Shown one piece after another: positions 14,819 to 16,660 of a stretch of DNA of 16,660 bases. Numbering within the stretch: position 1 is the first letter of the stretch; every line of letters starts with the position of its first letter. Source of the DNA: Leptospiraceae bacterium (GTDB lineage: Bacteria > Spirochaetota > Leptospiria > Leptospirales > Leptospiraceae). The notes beneath the pieces were generated by a model that ran no database searches, was not told the origin of the DNA, and was given only the letters and a program-made list of their open reading frames with translations. A program made the translations under genes and the position numbers. The stretch covers positions 214,889-231,548 of the forward strand of contig JADJSX010000013.1 of assembly GCA_016711485.1 (NCBI GenBank), in the 5' to 3' direction.

Positions 14819-16660
14819 AGTTTAACACCCATTATCCTTTGATATGTTTCCCCAGTTTCGTCCGTAGTTTTTGTATAAACAAATTTCAAAACTGAAAACT
14901 TTGAGTATTTTGTTTCGGATTCAGTTTTGTATTCCCATAATAATCCCCATAAACTCCCACTTCCCTCATATCCTCTTTCTTTCGGAACGGAAGTTTTGTA
15001 ATACAAAATTCCCATTAATACATTAAGGTGATCTTCTTTTTTAATTTTATCGGAACTTTTATAATAAAGTGCTCCAAGACCTGCATGTTCCATAGATTCC
15101 GATTCAGTTTTATTTGAGTAATACAATGTAGGTGCAAACCAAACAAGTTTTTCAGAAATAGATTTTTCAGAGTAGTAGAAAGGCAGTATATTATTGTAAG
15201 AATATTGTTTTTTTTCTTTGGAAGAAAACCAAAATAAATTCATACTAGTTTCTTTTATATTAGAAGAGTAATTTCCCAATCCATATAATAGTTTTACATT
15301 TACTTCCTCTTTTGCATTCGCAAATTGTATAGCTCTAAATAAAAACGTAACTTCCCTTTTATTTGTTTCCTTAGAATATTCATGTTCAGCTAACATTAAA
15401 AAATTTTGTGAATTTCTCTTTGAATTAGAACTCCAATACATCCCTAAAATAAATGCCGAATATTCATTATTTGCCTCTGAGGAGAAATATAACGGGAAAA
15501 AATGTGTATAAGTTTTCGGACTATCTATATTCTCAGTATTTAAAGAATACCAAAATGGAAATAATACCAATCGAACTAATTTTCCTTTTTTATAAGCCGA
15601 ATCATAGAACATCAAAATATTTCTATGTTCCTCTTCTATGTTTGAATTTTTGTAATATATAAAAGGAATAATCGGAAATAAAATACTTCTTTCGTATATT
15701 TTATTTTTTTCAGTTTTAGATTCCAGTTCGAAATCGTTGTATAAAAGTGAGAGAAAAGTTTTATCAAATTTTTGCGAGTTAACATCTTCTTCTTTTTTAT
15801 AAAAAAACAATGGCAAAACCCAAAGGGAAGATTTTTGAAGACCTTGTTTTTTTTCTTCATCGTAATACGTAATAGGAAAAAAACTAAAAGAAGTTTTTGT
15901 ATTGGTTCTTTCTCTACTTACTATTCCTAGCCAATTTGAATATGTTTCTCCGGGATTCTCAGAGTGATAAGCTAATAAAAGAGGCAGAACCCATTTTTTG
16001 TGTGTATCATTTCGATTTGTATAAAATCCCAAAATTGAATAAAAAGAAAATTCCGAATTAGAAACTTCTCTCGTTTTATCTCCGTTATCCTCTGCATGGA
16101 GTTGTGTTTTCTTCGATTTATTCCAAAAATAAATAGGAGCAAACCAATTCGTGTAGTTATAGTTTTTACTATCCTGCTCAAAAAAATCTTGATAGAATAT
16201 AGGAAATATTTTTATATTATGCGCAGTTTTTGATTTTTCATAAGAAGATAAACCCAACCAATTCCAATAAGATTCATTATTCTCTGATTTATAAGAATGA
16301 TATAATACTGGAATTGGAAAAAACCAACTTGTATCTTCGAAATTTTTAGACTTAATTTCGGAGGTATTATAAAAAATGAAAGGAGAATAAAGACTAACCG
16401 CTTCAGTTTCATCCTTAGACTTTGCAGTATCTTTTTTATAATAAAATGGAAAAATCCAGCGGCTAATAGACGTTACTTTCCCATTTTTATATTCAATACT
16501 ATTATAATACAAAGGTAAAACTTTGGATGAATTCTCCGTTTTCGAGTCTTCATAACTAGCAAATAATAACCAGTTCCAATACGTTTCCTCATTTGCCTTC
16601 AAGTAAGAATGATAGATAAATGGAATAGGAAAAAATAATTTTTTATTTGTATGATTATAA
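14815..16660 (-). CDS. Large tandem-repeat protein, 5'-partial. The frame is open to the window edge, so the ORF-track TTG at 16602 is not the true start. It is built from degenerate ~45-55-aa repeats rich in Trp/Tyr/Phe/Pro.
   Basis: Repeats such as ETYWNWLLFASYEDSKTENSSKVLPLYY, ESYWNWLGLSSYEKSKTAHNIKIFPIFYQ, ETYSNWLGIVSRERTNTKTSFSFFPITYY and YTNWFAPIYFWNKSKK occur at least 8 times. The minus-strand frame stays open through 16603-16660 (…NHTNKKLFFPIPFIYHSYLKANEETYWNW…). Confidence 0.65.
   Translation of the reverse strand, partial: YNHTNKKLFFPIPFIYHSYLKANEETYWNWLLFASYEDSKTENSSKVLPLYYNSIEYKNGKVTSISRWIFPFYYKKDTAKSKDETEAVSLYSPFIFYNTSEIKSKNFEDTSWFFPIPVLYHSYKSENNESYWNWLGLSSYEKSKTAHNIKIFPIFYQDFFEQDSKNYNYTNWFAPIYFWNKSKKTQLHAEDNGDKTREVSNSEFSFYSILGFYTNRNDTHKKWVLPLLLAYHSENPGETYSNWLGIVSRERTNTKTSFSFFPITYYDEEKKQGLQKSSLWVLPLFFYKKEEDVNSQKFDKTFLSLLYNDFELESKTEKNKIYERSILFPIIPFIYYKNSNIEEEHRNILMFYDSAYKKGKLVRLVLFPFWYSLNTENIDSPKTYTHFFPLYFSSEANNEYSAFILGMYWSSNSKRNSQNFLMLAEHEYSKETNKREVTFLFRAIQFANAKEEVNVKLLYGLGNYSSNIKETSMNLFWFSSKEKKQYSYNNILPFYYSEKSISEKLVWFAPTLYYSNKTESESMEHAGLGALYYKSSDKIKKEDHLNVLMGILYYKTSVPKERGYEGSGSLWGLLWEYKTESETKYSKFSVLKFVYTKTTDETGETYQRIMGVKL

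Noticed and set aside
1-16660. Search for CRISPR arrays, rRNA, tRNA and other canonical ncRNA genes.
   Set aside because: No regularly spaced direct repeats with unique spacers, no rRNA-like conserved blocks, and no cloverleaf-compatible tRNA candidates were found.

Overview
AT-rich (~30-35% GC) bacterial chromosomal window. The gene content (cstA, several STAS/PP2C/HATPase partner-switching genes, a 7TMR-DISM sensor phosphatase, small IS elements) fits a Leptospira-like spirochete, but this organism assignment is inference only. Layout, left to right: (1) Candidate defense island, 1-5933: the 3' end of a PIN-like gene; a large Type-III-restriction-Res-like SF2 helicase with a PD-(D/E)xK nuclease motif and an unexpected C-terminal LexA/S24 autoproteolytic peptidase domain, split by an IS5-family (DDE_Tnp_4) insertion sequence whose own transposase is in turn disrupted by a ~110-bp MITE; and a DUF1016_N::staphylococcal-nuclease-like fusion protein. 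(2) A 612-bp structured non-coding region with several strong hairpins and G/C-rich direct repeats. (3) cstA (carbon starvation transporter). (4) A partner-switching regulatory cluster: two tandem STAS anti-sigma-antagonist paralogs (- strand), a second diverged MITE copy in the divergent intergenic region, a pseudo-receiver/PAS/HATPase_c (RsbW-like) kinase, and a 7TMR-DISM/PP2C/TPR sensor phosphatase. (5) A hypothetical protein and the 3' part of a large, highly repetitive Trp/Tyr/Pro-rich protein running off the window end. No rRNA, tRNA or CRISPR was detected. The most novel elements are the helicase-nuclease-S24 peptidase fusion with its neighbouring nucleases, and the nested MITE-in-IS-in-gene insertion, where the MITE family shows compensatory substitutions between copies.
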